This document shows, piece by piece, positions 20,738 to 34,023 of a stretch of DNA of 64,000 bases. The notes beneath the pieces were generated by a model that worked only from the letters and a program-made list of their open reading frames with translations, had not been told where the DNA came from and ran no database searches. The position numbers and the translations under genes were made by a program. The stretch's first letter is position 1. Every line of letters begins with the position of its first letter. Origin of the DNA: Edaphosphingomonas fennica. GTDB lineage: Bacteria; Pseudomonadota; Alphaproteobacteria; Sphingomonadales; Sphingomonadaceae. The stretch spans positions 107,772-171,771 of the forward strand of contig JAQIJD010000003.1 of assembly GCA_036946415.1 (NCBI GenBank), given 5' to 3'.

Positions 20738-21537
20738 TATCGGCTGAACCGGCCCAGCACCTCATAGGCCATCACCGCCGTCGCCACCGCGGCGTTCAGG
20801 CTGTCGGCCTTGCCCAGCATCGGTATCTTGACCCGCACGTCGCAGGCGGCCGCATAGTCCGCCGGCAGGCCCTGCGCCTCGTTGCCGGTCAGCAGGAAGG
20901 TCGGCGCCGCATAGGCCGGCGCCCGATAGTCGACCGCGCTGTCGAGGCTCAGCCCCACCAGCATCCCCGGCCCGGCCCGCAGCCAGGCGAGGAACGGCGC
21001 CCAGCCGCTCTGCACCACCGGCACCGTGAACAGCGCGCCCATGCTGGCGCGCACCGCCTCCACCGAAAAGGGATCGACGCAATCGTCGATCAGGATCAGC
21101 CCGCCCGCACCCACCGCATCGCCGGTGCGCAGGATCGTGCCGAGATTGCCGGGATCGCGCAGCCGCTCCGCCACCAGCCAGATCGGGGCGGTGCGGCGGT
21201 CGATCCGGTCGAGCGCGGTATCGAACTGGCGATAGACGCCCAGCACCGTCTGCGGATTGTCCTTGCCGGACAATTTGTGGAGGATGTCCCGACTGGTCTC
21301 GATCGCCTCACCGCCGGCCGCCTCGGTCGCCTCCGACAGGCGACGGACGAGCGGGTGGCCGGCGCTGTCGGCGGCATAGAAGAGGTGGGTCGGCACGCGG
21401 CCGGCATCGAGCGCCTCGGTCAGGATGCGCAGCCCCTCGGCGAGGAACAGCCCTTCCTCGCGGCGATGGCGCTTCTCGCGCAAGCCGCGCACGCGCTTGA
21501 CGAGGGGGTTGGAATAAGCGGTGATCTCGCGCGGCAT
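20737..21537 (-). CDS. TrmH/SpoU-family RNA methyltransferase
   Basis: DPGNLGTILRT, GNEAQGL, IPMLGKADSLNAAVA. Confidence 0.93.
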   Translation of the reverse strand: MPREITAYSNPLVKRVRGLREKRHRREEGLFLAEGLRILTEALDAGRVPTHLFYAADSAGHPLVRRLSEATEAAGGEAIETSRDILHKLSGKDNPQTVLGVYRQFDTALDRIDRRTAPIWLVAERLRDPGNLGTILRTGDAVGAGGLILIDDCVDPFSVEAVRASMGALFTVPVVQSGWAPFLAWLRAGPGMLVGLSLDSAVDYRAPAYAAPTFLLTGNEAQGLPADYAAACDVRVKIPMLGKADSLNAAVATAVMAYEVLGRFSR

Positions 21538-21580
21538 GGCGCGGCCTATGCCCGGCCGGCGCGCCCGTGTCGAACCCCGC

Positions 21581-21877
21581 TCACTCCTCGCCGAATTTCG
21601 CCTCGACCAGTTCGACAAGCGCCGCCAGCGCGGCGTCCGCCTTGGGTCCGCTGGCGGAGATGACGACATGGTCGCCCATCGCCGCGCCCAGCATCATCAG
21701 CCCCATGATCGAGGTGCCGGCGACGCGCGATCCGTCCTTCTCCACCTCGATCTCGGCATCCTGCGCGCTCGCCAGCGTCACGAACTTGGCGCTGGCGCGG
21801 GCATGGAGGCCGCGCTTGTTGGCGATCAGCACGGTCTGGCGCAGGGCATCGCCCGCGGTCGCGGCGGCCCCGCTCAC
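21581..21877 (-). CDS. ptsH: HPr/NPr phosphocarrier
   Basis: NKRGLHARASA, SIMGLMMLGA. Confidence 0.92.
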   Translation of the reverse strand: MSGAAATAGDALRQTVLIANKRGLHARASAKFVTLASAQDAEIEVEKDGSRVAGTSIMGLMMLGAAMGDHVVISASGPKADAALAALVELVEAKFGEE

Positions 21878-22281
21878 GCCGCCGCCTCGCCGAGGACTTC
21901 GGACGCGACCGAGATATATTTCCGCCCCGCATCGCGCGCGGCGGCAACGGCGGCTGTCACCTTCATCATCTTGCGGGCTCCTTCCAGACGGATCAGCATG
22001 GGCAGGTTGACGCCGGCGATCACCTCGACGCGGCCGGGCTCCATGAGCGAGATGGCGAGGTTGGACGGGGTGCCGCCGAAAAGATCGGTGAGCAGGATGA
22101 CGCCGGCGCCTTCGTCCACCGCCTTGACGGCGGCGGCGATGTCGGCGCGGCGCGCCTCCATATCGTCGTCGGGGCCGATGCAGATCGCCTCGATCGCGCG
22201 CTGCCGGCCGACGACATGCTCCATCGCGGTGACGAATTCGGCCGCGAGGCCGCCATGGGTCACCAACACCAGTCCGATCAT
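21874..22281 (-). CDS. PTS EIIA, mannose/fructose family (ManX-like)
   Basis: MIGLVLVTHG, LTDLFGGTPSN, GVNLPML. Confidence 0.92.
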   Translation of the reverse strand: MIGLVLVTHGGLAAEFVTAMEHVVGRQRAIEAICIGPDDDMEARRADIAAAVKAVDEGAGVILLTDLFGGTPSNLAISLMEPGRVEVIAGVNLPMLIRLEGARKMMKVTAAVAAARDAGRKYISVASEVLGEAAA

Positions 22282-22350
22282 CCCGCCACCCGAGCCTTCA
22301 TGTTTCTCCGCCGTTCCGGGCCGCCTCTCGCACATGCGCCCCGCCTTCGG

Positions 22351-23230
22351 TCAGCGGACGAGGTCGCGATGGGTGATGGTGGGCGAAAATCCATTTCGGT
22401 GCAACGTCTGTGCGATACGTTCCGCCACATGCACGGATCGATGCCGCCCGCCGGTGCAGCCGAAGGCGATCGTGACGTAGCTTTTGCCCTCGGCAGCATA
22501 GCGGGGGAGGAGGGCGAGCAGCAGGCCCTCGATCCGGTCCAGCGCGTCGCCATAGGCCGGGTCGCCCGCGACATGATCCGCCACCGCCGCATCCAGCCCG
22601 GTCAGCGGTTTCAGATCGGGCACCCAGTGCGGATTGCGCAGGAAGCGCATGTCGAACATCAGGTCGGCCTGCCGCGGCACCCCCCGCGAGAAGCCGAAGG
22701 ACAGGATGCTGAGCGTGGGGGAGGGCGCGGTCGCGCCCTCGCCGAAGAGGCCGCGGATTTCGGCCTGGAGGCCGTTGGTGGTGAGGCCGGTAGTGTCGAT
22801 CAGCCGGTCGGCGGCGGCGCGCAGGGGGCCGAGCAGCTCGCGTTCGCGGCGGATGCCGTCCTCGGCCGGGCGATCGAGCGCCAGCGGGTGGCGGCGGCGC
22901 GTTTCCGAATAGCGCCGGGCGAGTTCGGCGCCGCCGCAGTCGAGGAACAGGATAGAGGGATCGAGCGCGGGATCGGCCGAGAGGGCGGCGGCGCGCTCGA
23001 CGATTCGGGCCGGGTCGAAGCCGCGCGTGCGCGTATCCACGCCCAGCGCGAACGGCCGGTCGTCGTCGGGCGAGCCGGGGGCGGGGGGGGCTGGCGAGCA
23101 GCCGGTCGAGCAGGCGGAGCGGCACGTTGTCGACCACCTCCCAGCCCAGATCCTCCAGCGCCTTCAAGGCGGTGGTGCGGCCGGCGCCCGACAGGCCGGT
23201 GACGATCAGGATGCGGCGCGGGGCGGTCAC
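22351..23230 (-). CDS. rapZ: RNase adapter RapZ (one extra base in the G8 run at 23083-23090)
   Basis: [20 protein letters not shown], then [37 protein letters not shown]. Confidence 0.9.
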
Positions 23231-23649
23231 GGCGCCGGCACAAGATGGCGCAGCGCCAGCTCGACGCGGATCGCGGCGGACGGCCCCCGCCCGTCGAGCG
23301 CCAGATGCGGCACCGCCACGCCCGCCAGCTCGATCGTCGGCAGCGGATCGGGGGCCATCCGCTCCGGCACCGCGACGAGATCGATGGCGAGCGCCACCGC
23401 CGCCTCGGTCGCGGCGAAGGGCAGGATGCCGAGGCCGCGCACCTCCATCTGCCCGGTGATCGTCGGCGGGGCCGACGCGACGAGCCGGTCGCCGTCGGCC
23501 CTGAGCGCGACGCCGTCGTCCGCCACCAGCCGCGCGCCGCGATCGATCAGGCGGAGGGCGAGATCGGACTTGCCCGCCCCCGGCGGCCCCAGCAGCAGCA
23601 CCCCGCGCCCCTCGATCGCGACGCAGGTCGCATGGATGGGGGCGCTCAT
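23227..23649 (-). CDS. hprK: Short HPr kinase/phosphorylase
   Basis: [31 protein letters not shown]. Confidence 0.9.
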   Translation of the reverse strand: MSAPIHATCVAIEGRGVLLLGPPGAGKSDLALRLIDRGARLVADDGVALRADGDRLVASAPPTITGQMEVRGLGILPFAATEAAVALAIDLVAVPERMAPDPLPTIELAGVAVPHLALDGRGPSAAIRVELALRHLVPAP

Positions 23650-25220
23650 CGCACCGCCGCCGGCAGGCGGATCAGGAAGCGCGCGCCGGGATGGCCGTTC
23701 TCGCGATCCTCGACATGGATGGTGCCGTTATGCCCCTCCACGATCGCCTTGGCGATGGCGAGGCCGAGGCCGGAATGGCGGCCGAACGCCTCGCCTTCGG
23801 GGCGGATGCTCTGGAAGCGGTTGAAGATCGCCTCGCGCAATTGCGGCGGCACGCCCGGCCCCTCGTCGTCGACACGCAGCAGCACCTCCTCCTCGTCGCG
23901 CGTTGCCGATATCTGGACGAGGCCGCCGGGGGGCGAGAAGGAGATGGCGTTGTCGACCAGATTCTCGACGACGCGGGCGAGGCGCGAACCGTCTCCGAAC
24001 ACGAGCGTCGATCCGCGGCGGGGGCGGGCGTAGGCGAGGCGGACGTCATGCCCGCCGCGGGCGTCGCGCGCCTCGATCAGGCCCTCTACCATCCCGCCGA
24101 GATCGACCGTCTCGAACCGGGCACGCGCGAATTCGGCGTCGAGGCGCGAGGCTTCGGCGATGTCGGAGATGAGGCGGTCGAGCCGGTGCACGTCGTCGCG
24201 GATCACCGCGATCAGTTCCTCGCGCTGCGCGCCGTCGCGGACGAGGCCGAGGCTGTCGACCGCGGAGCGGAGCGAGGCGAGGGGGTTCTTCAGCTCGTGC
24301 GTCACGTCGGCAGCGAAGGCTTCGGTCGCGTCGATCTTCTGGCGGAGCGCCTGGCTCATGTCGGACAGGGCGCGGGCCAGCGTGCCGATCTCGTCGTGGC
24401 GGGCGGGCAGGCGGGGCACCTGCACCTCGCGCGCGCGGCCGAGGCGGACGCGGTGCGCCGCCAACGCCAGCCGCCGCAGCGGGCGGGCGATGGTGCGGGC
24501 CAAGAACAGCGACAGCGCGATCGAGACGAGGCCGGTGCCGAGCAGGATCATGCTCAGCCAGAAGCGCTCGGCGCGGACGATGCGCACCACGTCGCGCGCA
24601 TTGGCGGTGACGAACAGCGTCCCCGATCCGTCGGGCAGCGCGACGGCGGCGGAGATGACGGGCGTGCGATCGGGAGCCCGGCGCAGCACCGTTTCCACCG
24701 CGCCGCCGGGGCCGGCACGCGCCGCCGCCTCCGCCTCCGGCCAGGCGCCGCGCCGGTCGGGCACCGGCTCGACGAAGGCGGGCGGGCGATCGGCGCCGAC
24801 GACCGTATCGATCGCACGATCGAGAAAGCGGGCGACACGGCGCTGCCACGCCTCCGTCGCCGGATCGCGCAGCGCATAGCCGGGGGCGGTGCGGAAGCTG
24901 TCGACCAGCGGGCTGCCGTCCGCCCCGTAGAGGCGGATGCGGGCGGCGATCGGCCGGGCGAGGCGCGCGGCGAGCGGCTGCCGCTCGCCCGCCGGCACCG
25001 CCGCCAGCGCGCCGGCGATCAGCACCGCCTCGTCGGAGGCTTGCGCGCGCCGTTCGTCCACCAGCCGCGATCGATAGCTGTCGAGATAGAAGAAGCCGCC
25101 CGCCAGCAGCGCAAGGGCGAAGATGTTGACGGCGAGGATGCGGGCGGTGAGCGTCAGCCGGCCGGACCAGCCCGGCCCGGCCGCCGCCTCACTCGCCCGA
25201 AAAGCGGTAGCCCACGCCAT
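23646..25220 (-). CDS. chvG: Sensor histidine kinase ChvG
   Basis: TM-sensor-TM-HAMP layout, [19 protein letters not shown]; pckA/chvI/hprK synteny. Confidence 0.9.
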   Translation of the reverse strand: MAWATAFRASEAAAGPGWSGRLTLTARILAVNIFALALLAGGFFYLDSYRSRLVDERRAQASDEAVLIAGALAAVPAGERQPLAARLARPIAARIRLYGADGSPLVDSFRTAPGYALRDPATEAWQRRVARFLDRAIDTVVGADRPPAFVEPVPDRRGAWPEAEAAARAGPGGAVETVLRRAPDRTPVISAAVALPDGSGTLFVTANARDVVRIVRAERFWLSMILLGTGLVSIALSLFLARTIARPLRRLALAAHRVRLGRAREVQVPRLPARHDEIGTLARALSDMSQALRQKIDATEAFAADVTHELKNPLASLRSAVDSLGLVRDGAQREELIAVIRDDVHRLDRLISDIAEASRLDAEFARARFETVDLGGMVEGLIEARDARGGHDVRLAYARPRRGSTLVFGDGSRLARVVENLVDNAISFSPPGGLVQISATRDEEEVLLRVDDEGPGVPPQLREAIFNRFQSIRPEGEAFGRHSGLGLAIAKAIVEGHNGTIHVEDRENGHPGARFLIRLPAAVR

Positions 25221-25890
25221 AGAGCGTCTCGATCGCCTTGAATTCGGGGTCCACCTGCCGGAACTTCCGGCGCAGGCGCTTGATATGGCTGTCGATCGTG
25301 CGGTCGTCCACGTAGACGTCGTCCTGATAGGCGGTGTCCATCAGCTGGTCGCGCGACTTCACGAATCCCGGTCGTTGCGCCAGCGTCTCGAGGATAAGGA
25401 ATTCGGTGACGGTCAGAACAACGTCGCGTCCGTCCCACGTCACGCGGTGGCGGGCGGGGTCCATGGCGAGGCGGCCGCGGTCGATCACGGGGGCGGCCGG
25501 TTCGTCGCCGCCGGTGCCGGCCCGCGCCTCGGTGCGGCGCAGGATGGCGCGGATGCGCGCGATCAGCAGCCGCTGTGAGAAGGGCTTGGTGATGTAATCG
25601 TCCGCCCCCATCGCAAGGCCCAGCGCCTCGTCCAGCTCGTCGTCCTTCGACGTGAGGAAGATCACCGGCAGCGCGCTCCGCTCGCGCAGGCGGCGCAGCA
25701 TCTCCATCCCGTCCATGCGCGGCATCTTCACGTCCACCACCGCCAGATCGGGGGCATTCTCGGTCAGGGCCTTCAGGGCCGCCTCACCGTCCGGATAGAG
25801 GCGCACGGCGAAGCCTTCGGCCTGAAGCGCGATCGAAACCGAGGTGAGGATGTTGCGGTCGTCGTCGACGAGCGCGATCGTGGCGGACAT
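25189..25890 (-). CDS. chvI: Response regulator ChvI
   Basis: [41 protein letters not shown]. Confidence 0.94.
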   Translation of the reverse strand: MSATIALVDDDRNILTSVSIALQAEGFAVRLYPDGEAALKALTENAPDLAVVDVKMPRMDGMEMLRRLRERSALPVIFLTSKDDELDEALGLAMGADDYITKPFSQRLLIARIRAILRRTEARAGTGGDEPAAPVIDRGRLAMDPARHRVTWDGRDVVLTVTEFLILETLAQRPGFVKSRDQLMDTAYQDDVYVDDRTIDSHIKRLRRKFRQVDPEFKAIETLYGVGYRFSGE

Positions 25891-25953
25891 GGCGCGTCTT
25901 CTGCAATCATCGACCTGCCTCGTCCATGAATAATGTGGTGCGTCCGTTGCTTC

Positions 25954-25998
25954 GCAATCGATCGCATCTTTGACGATGTTGCAGCCGGGCGTTAAGCC
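25954..25998 (+). promoter_or_regulatory. Probable pckA promoter with an adjacent LacI-type palindrome
   Basis: GCAATCGATCGC (25954-65), then TTGACG-N17-TAAGCC. Confidence 0.4.
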
Positions 25999-26065
25999 GG
26001 GGGATAACATCAGGCCGAAACCGCGCATCCGCGCCGGTGAAGCGCCCACCCAGGGAGACAGTGAG

Positions 26066-27664
<1,599 letters not shown>

Positions 27665-27670
27665 GCCGGA

Positions 27671-27699
27671 CCCGGCGGCGGGGATCGCCCGCCGCCGGG
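27671..27699 (+). terminator. Hairpin after pckA
   Basis: CCCGGCGGCGGG-gatcg-CCCGCCGCCGGG. Confidence 0.55.
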
Positions 27700-27779
27700 A
27701 ACATGCCTAACGGCCCGGAAACCACCATTTTCCGGGCCGTTCGGCTTAACCGCGGCAGGGCGCCGCCGTTACCTTGGGC

Positions 27780-28901
27780 ATGAGGTACGATACCGTCACC
27801 CCCGCCAGCGAACCCCGTCAGCCGCGTCTCCGGATCGGCCAGCGGATGCGGGCGGTGCGCGATTTCTTCGCCCATCCCCCGGCGCCCGATCCGCTGTTCG
27901 GCGGCGCCGCCGCGGCCCCCGGCACGGCCGAGCTGGTCACGCGCATCGTCGATTTCCTGGCGCTGAACGGCCTCGATGCCACGCCCGCCAATTATCAGCT
28001 CGCCTATGAGGCGATCCGCGCCGGCGGCGATGCACTCGGCGGATCGATCGCTTATTCGGCGCCGACCTCGCCGGCGGGCTCGGCCATCCAGCCCGACGCC
28101 CATGTCCTCGACGAACTGATCGAGGTGGCGCAGCAGGCGATCGGCCGGCTCGACGGCGTCGTCCGCCAATCGACCGCCGACGCCCATGCCTATGGCTCGG
28201 CGCTCGCCACCAGCGTCGCGGGCATGGAAGTCGGCGGCGGCAGCGGCGAGATGGCCGATGCGCTGCTGGCGCTGACCCGCGCAATGATCGAGCGCACCCG
28301 CCACGCCGAACGCCGGCTGGCGGACATGGGGCAGGAGATCGAGCAGCTTCAGCACAATCTGGCCGAGGCCCGCGCCGTCGCCGCACGCGATCCGCTGACC
28401 GGCCTGCCCAATCGCGCCGCGATCGAGGAACGGCTGGCCGAGGCGATGGCCGCCGCCGCCCGGCTGCGCGCGCCGCTCGCCTTCGCTTATTGCGACGTGG
28501 ACGATTTCAAGCGGATCAACGACGAGTTCGGCCATGCCGTGGGCGACCGGGTATTGAAGCTCGTCGCCGATGCGCTGCGCGAGACGGGGCGCGCGGGCGA
28601 ACTGGTCGGCCGCCTCGGCGGCGACGAATTCGTGATGCTGTTCGAAGGCAGCACTGCCGATGCGGCGGGCGAGCGGGTCGATTCGATCCGCGCCACGCTC
28701 GCCGCCCGCTCGCTGCGCGTGCGCGGCGAGGACCGGCCGCTCGGCACGGTCACATTGTCCGCGGGCGTCGCGCCGATGCTGCCGGGCGACCAGCCCGCCG
28801 ACCTTACCACCCGTGCCGACGAAGGGCTGCTCGCCGCCAAGCGCGCGGGGCGCAATCGCGTCGTCGTCAACCAGCCGGAGCGGGCCGCCGACGCCGCCTG
28901 A
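27780..28901 (+). CDS. Diguanylate cyclase (coiled-coil plus GGDEF)
   Basis: DPLTGLPNR, DVDDFKRINDEFGHAVGD, GRLGGDEF, AKRAGRNRV. Confidence 0.93.
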   Translation: MRYDTVTPASEPRQPRLRIGQRMRAVRDFFAHPPAPDPLFGGAAAAPGTAELVTRIVDFLALNGLDATPANYQLAYEAIRAGGDALGGSIAYSAPTSPAGSAIQPDAHVLDELIEVAQQAIGRLDGVVRQSTADAHAYGSALATSVAGMEVGGGSGEMADALLALTRAMIERTRHAERRLADMGQEIEQLQHNLAEARAVAARDPLTGLPNRAAIEERLAEAMAAAARLRAPLAFAYCDVDDFKRINDEFGHAVGDRVLKLVADALRETGRAGELVGRLGGDEFVMLFEGSTADAAGERVDSIRATLAARSLRVRGEDRPLGTVTLSAGVAPMLPGDQPADLTTRADEGLLAAKRAGRNRVVVNQPERAADAA

Positions 28902-30407
<1,506 letters not shown>

Positions 30408-30411
30408 TCCG

Positions 30412-31590
30412 ATGACGCCGCCCGCACGGGCGCAGGCCGCGATCGAGCTGCTGGATGCGATCGGCGAGGCCGCCGGGCGCGGCGGGGCGGCGGCGGACAC
30501 CATCATCGCCGCCTATTTCAAGGCGCGCCGCTATGCCGGATCGAAGGACCGGCGCGCGGTGCGCGACCTCGTCTATGCGGCGATCCGACGCACGGCGGAG
30601 CGGCCGGCCAACGGGCGGGCGGCCCTCGTCGGGCTGGCGCGCGAACGGCCCGAGGTCGCCGGACTGTTCGATGGTTCGGCCCACGCGCCCGCCCCGATTG
30701 CCGCCGACGAACCTGCCGCACCTGCCGGCGCCGTGCCGGAATGGCTCGTGCCGCTGCTGTCGGGCGCGCTGCCGGACGGCGAGAGGGCGGCCCTGCTCGA
30801 TCGCGCGCCGCTCGACCTGCGCGTCAACCGGCTGAAGGCGGACGTCGCCGCCGTCCGCGCGCGCCTGCCGGACGCCGTACCGGGCGCGCATGCCGCCTAT
30901 GCCCTGCGCCTGCCCGAAGGCTGGCCGATCGAGCGCGACCCGGCCTGGGCCGAAGGGCTGGTCGAGGTGCAGGACGAGGGCAGCCAGCTGATCGCCGCCG
31001 CCTGCCGCGCAACGCCGGGGGCGACGGTGATCGATCTCTGCGCGGGCGCCGGCGGCAAGACGCTGGCGCTGGCGGCGGCCATGGCCGGGCGGGGGCGGCT
31101 GATCGCCTGCGACATCGACCGGCGGCTGATGCGCCTCGCCCCCCGCGCCGAACGTGCCGGGGCGGCGGGGATCGAGTTGCGCCTGCTCGATGGCGGACGC
31201 GAGGCCGAGGGGCTGGCCGATTTCGGCGGGATTGCGGATGTCGTGCTGGTCGATGCGCCCTGTTCGGGGACGGGCACCTGGCGGCGCAATCCCGAGGCGC
31301 GCTGGCGGCTGACGGAGGCGCGGCTGGCGCGGCTGATCGAGACGCAGGCGCGCGTGCTGGCGTTGGCCGAACGGCTCGTCCGGCCGGGCGGGCGGCTGGT
31401 CTATGCCACCTGCTCGGTGCTGGCGGGGGAGGGGGCCGCGCAGATCGCCGCTTTCCGGGCGGATCGGCCCGGGTGGACGGTCGAACCCCCGGCCTTCGCG
31501 GCGGGGCGACCGGACGGGGACGGGCGGCTGCTCACGCCGGCGCACGACGGCACCGACGGCTTTTTCGTCGCCAGCCTGATCCGCCCATGA
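30412..31590 (+). CDS. RsmB/NOP family RNA m5C methyltransferase
   Basis: EVQDEGSQ, DLCAGAGGKT, VDAPCSGTGTWRRNPE, YATCS, TDGFF. Confidence 0.92.
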   Translation: MTPPARAQAAIELLDAIGEAAGRGGAAADTIIAAYFKARRYAGSKDRRAVRDLVYAAIRRTAERPANGRAALVGLARERPEVAGLFDGSAHAPAPIAADEPAAPAGAVPEWLVPLLSGALPDGERAALLDRAPLDLRVNRLKADVAAVRARLPDAVPGAHAAYALRLPEGWPIERDPAWAEGLVEVQDEGSQLIAAACRATPGATVIDLCAGAGGKTLALAAAMAGRGRLIACDIDRRLMRLAPRAERAGAAGIELRLLDGGREAEGLADFGGIADVVLVDAPCSGTGTWRRNPEARWRLTEARLARLIETQARVLALAERLVRPGGRLVYATCSVLAGEGAAQIAAFRADRPGWTVEPPAFAAGRPDGDGRLLTPAHDGTDGFFVASLIRP

Positions 31591-31625
31591 TAGGCTGGCG
31601 GTAAGCGTTCCTGTCGGAGACCTCG

Positions 31626-32153
31626 ATGTATCGCCCCTTGTTCGCGCTTGCCCTTCCCCTGGCGCTGCTGGCCGGATCGGGGGCCGGCATCGGCCAGCGC
31701 CCCGACGACCAGATCAACCCGCGCAGCACCGCGCTCGCCGCGCGGGCCGAACAGGCGCGTGCCGCCGGCAATCTGACGGGGGCGACCGACCTCTTGGAGA
31801 CCGCGCTCGCGGTCGATCCGCGCAACCGCGCCGCCTTCGTGGCGCTGGCGCGCGTCGCCGAGGCGCAGGGGCTGCACGGCAAGGCGATCCGCCTCTACGG
31901 CGATGCGCTGCTGCTCGAACCGAACGACCAGCAGGCGCTGGCGGGGCAGGGTGAATCGATGGTGCAGAAGGGCGCCGTCGAGCGGGCGCGGGTCAACCTC
32001 ACGCGGATCGAGGGGCTGTGCAAGGGGCCGTGCGCGCCGGCGCAGCGCCTGTCCGCCGCGATCGCCAAGGGATCGCCGCAGACCGTGCTGGCCGACCAGA
32101 CGAGCGACAAGGTGCCGCCGAAGGGCGAGGAAGCGCGCACCATCAAGCCCTGA
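31626..32153 (+). CDS. Secreted TPR-repeat protein
   Basis: Signal peptide; TPR-like helices ([16 protein letters not shown]). Confidence 0.75.
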   Translation: MYRPLFALALPLALLAGSGAGIGQRPDDQINPRSTALAARAEQARAAGNLTGATDLLETALAVDPRNRAAFVALARVAEAQGLHGKAIRLYGDALLLEPNDQQALAGQGESMVQKGAVERARVNLTRIEGLCKGPCAPAQRLSAAIAKGSPQTVLADQTSDKVPPKGEEARTIKP

Positions 32154-32163
32154 CCGGCCCGGC

Positions 32164-32997
32164 TCAGGCGGCGGGCGCGTCCAGCCGGCGGGCGATATTG
32201 ACGTAATCGCCGACCGCCAGCGTTTCGGCGCGGGCGGCAAGGTCGATCCCTTCCGCCAGCGCCGCCTCGATCGCGCCGGGCATCGCCTTCAAGCTCTGCC
32301 GCAGCATCTTGCGGCGCTGGCCGAAGGCGGCGGCGGTCAGCCGCTCGATCGTGGCAGGAGAGACGCCGGGCGGCGCATCCGCCGGCACGATATGGACCAC
32401 GGCCGACATCACCTTGGGCGGCGGCACGAAGGCGGCGCGGTTGACGCCGAAGGCGATCGAAGGGCGGCTGCGCCATTGCGCCAGCACGGCCAGCCGGCCA
32501 TAGGCCGAGGTATCGGGCCGGGCGACGATCCGCTCGGCCACCTCGCGCTGGAACATCAGCGTCAGCGAAGCCCACCACGGCCGCCACTCGGCGCCGCCCA
32601 GCCAGCGCACCAGCAGCGCCGTGCCGATATTGTAGGGCAGGTTGGACAGGATGTGCGCGCCGTCCCCCGCCTCGGCCCGTTCGTCCACCGCCAGCGCATC
32701 GCCGGCGATCACGCGCAGCCGGCCGGGCGCGGCTTCGGCCAGTTCGGCCAGCGCCGGCAGGCAGCGCGCGTCGCGCTCCACCGCCACCACATGAGCGCCC
32801 GCCCCGATCAGCGCGCGGGTAAGGCCGCCGGGGCCGGGGCCGACCTCGTAGACGCGGGCGCCCGCCAGATCGCCCGGCACGCGCGCGATGCGGGCGAGCA
32901 ACTGGCCGTCGAGCAGAAAGTTCTGGCCGAGCGCCTTGGTCGCGCTGAGGCCGTGGCGCGCGATCACCTCGCGCAAGGGGGGCAGGCTGTCGAGCAT
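32164..32997 (-). CDS. rsmA: 16S rRNA m6,2A dimethyltransferase
   Basis: [34 protein letters not shown]. Confidence 0.96.
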   Translation of the reverse strand: MLDSLPPLREVIARHGLSATKALGQNFLLDGQLLARIARVPGDLAGARVYEVGPGPGGLTRALIGAGAHVVAVERDARCLPALAELAEAAPGRLRVIAGDALAVDERAEAGDGAHILSNLPYNIGTALLVRWLGGAEWRPWWASLTLMFQREVAERIVARPDTSAYGRLAVLAQWRSRPSIAFGVNRAAFVPPPKVMSAVVHIVPADAPPGVSPATIERLTAAAFGQRRKMLRQSLKAMPGAIEAALAEGIDLAARAETLAVGDYVNIARRLDAPAA

Positions 32998-33000
32998 CGC

Positions 33001-34023
33001 TCAGCCGGCGGCGAGGCGGCGGCGGGCGCATTCGCCGGCCAGGCGGATCGCTGCGATCATCGCGCCGGGATGCGCCGCGCGCTTGCCGGCGAGCGCGAAG
33101 GCGGTGCCGTGATCGGGCGCCGTCCGCACGATCGGCAGGCCGAGCGTGGTGTTGACGCCCTCGTCGAAATGCAGCGTCTTGATCGGGATCAGCGCCTGAT
33201 CGTGATAGAGGCACAAGGCCGCGTCATAGGCGGCGCGCGCGCGGGCGTGGAACATCGTGTCGGCGGCGAGCGGGCCGACGATGTCGATTCCCTCGCCGCG
33301 CAATTGCTCGACCGCGGGGACGATCAGGTCGATCTCCTCCCGGCCGATCGCGCCGCCTTCGCCGGCATGCGGATTGAAGCCGGCGATGGCGAGGCGCGGA
33401 CGATCGATGCCGAAATTGCGCTGCAATCCGCGTTCCGTGGTCCGCGCGCGTGACACGATCAGGTCGACCGAAAGGTAAGACAACACCTCCGCCAGCGGCA
33501 CATGGACCGTGATCGGTACGGTGCGCAGGCTCGGCCCGGCCAGCATCATCACCATATTATGTGGGGCGACCCCGCAGCGTTCGGCGACGAACTCGGTCTG
33601 GCCGGGGTGGACGAAGCCCGCCGCATAGAGTTGCGCCTTGGCGACCGGCGCCGTCACCAGCGCCCCCGCCGCGCCCGATCGCGCGAGGCCGACCGCCAGT
33701 TCGAGCGAGTCGATCGCGCAGCGCGCGCCCGCCGCATCGGGCACGCCCGGCACGATCTGGCCGGCATCGGCGACGGAGAAGAGCGGCAAGGCCTGCGCGA
33801 AGACGTGCGCGGCCTCGTCCGGCGAGGAGACGGTGACGATCGGCCCGTCCCATACCGCCGAGACGGCACGCGCATCGCCCACCGCGAAGAAGGGCGGCAG
33901 ATGCGCGGTCAGCCGCGCTTCCCAGGCCAGCGCGACGATCTCGGGGCCGATCCCGGCGGGATCGCCCAGCGCCACCGCCAGCGGCGGCAGCCCGCCCGCC
34001 TCAGCGATAATCGACGACCGCAT
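33001..34023 (-). CDS. pdxA: 4-hydroxythreonine-4-phosphate dehydrogenase (start uncertain)
   Basis: GDPAGIGPE, NPHAGEGG, YHDQAL, RTAPDHGTAF. Confidence 0.95.
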   Translation of the reverse strand: MRSSIIAEAGGLPPLAVALGDPAGIGPEIVALAWEARLTAHLPPFFAVGDARAVSAVWDGPIVTVSSPDEAAHVFAQALPLFSVADAGQIVPGVPDAAGARCAIDSLELAVGLARSGAAGALVTAPVAKAQLYAAGFVHPGQTEFVAERCGVAPHNMVMMLAGPSLRTVPITVHVPLAEVLSYLSVDLIVSRARTTERGLQRNFGIDRPRLAIAGFNPHAGEGGAIGREEIDLIVPAVEQLRGEGIDIVGPLAADTMFHARARAAYDAALCLYHDQALIPIKTLHFDEGVNTTLGLPIVRTAPDHGTAFALAGKRAAHPGAMIAAIRLAGECARRRLAAG

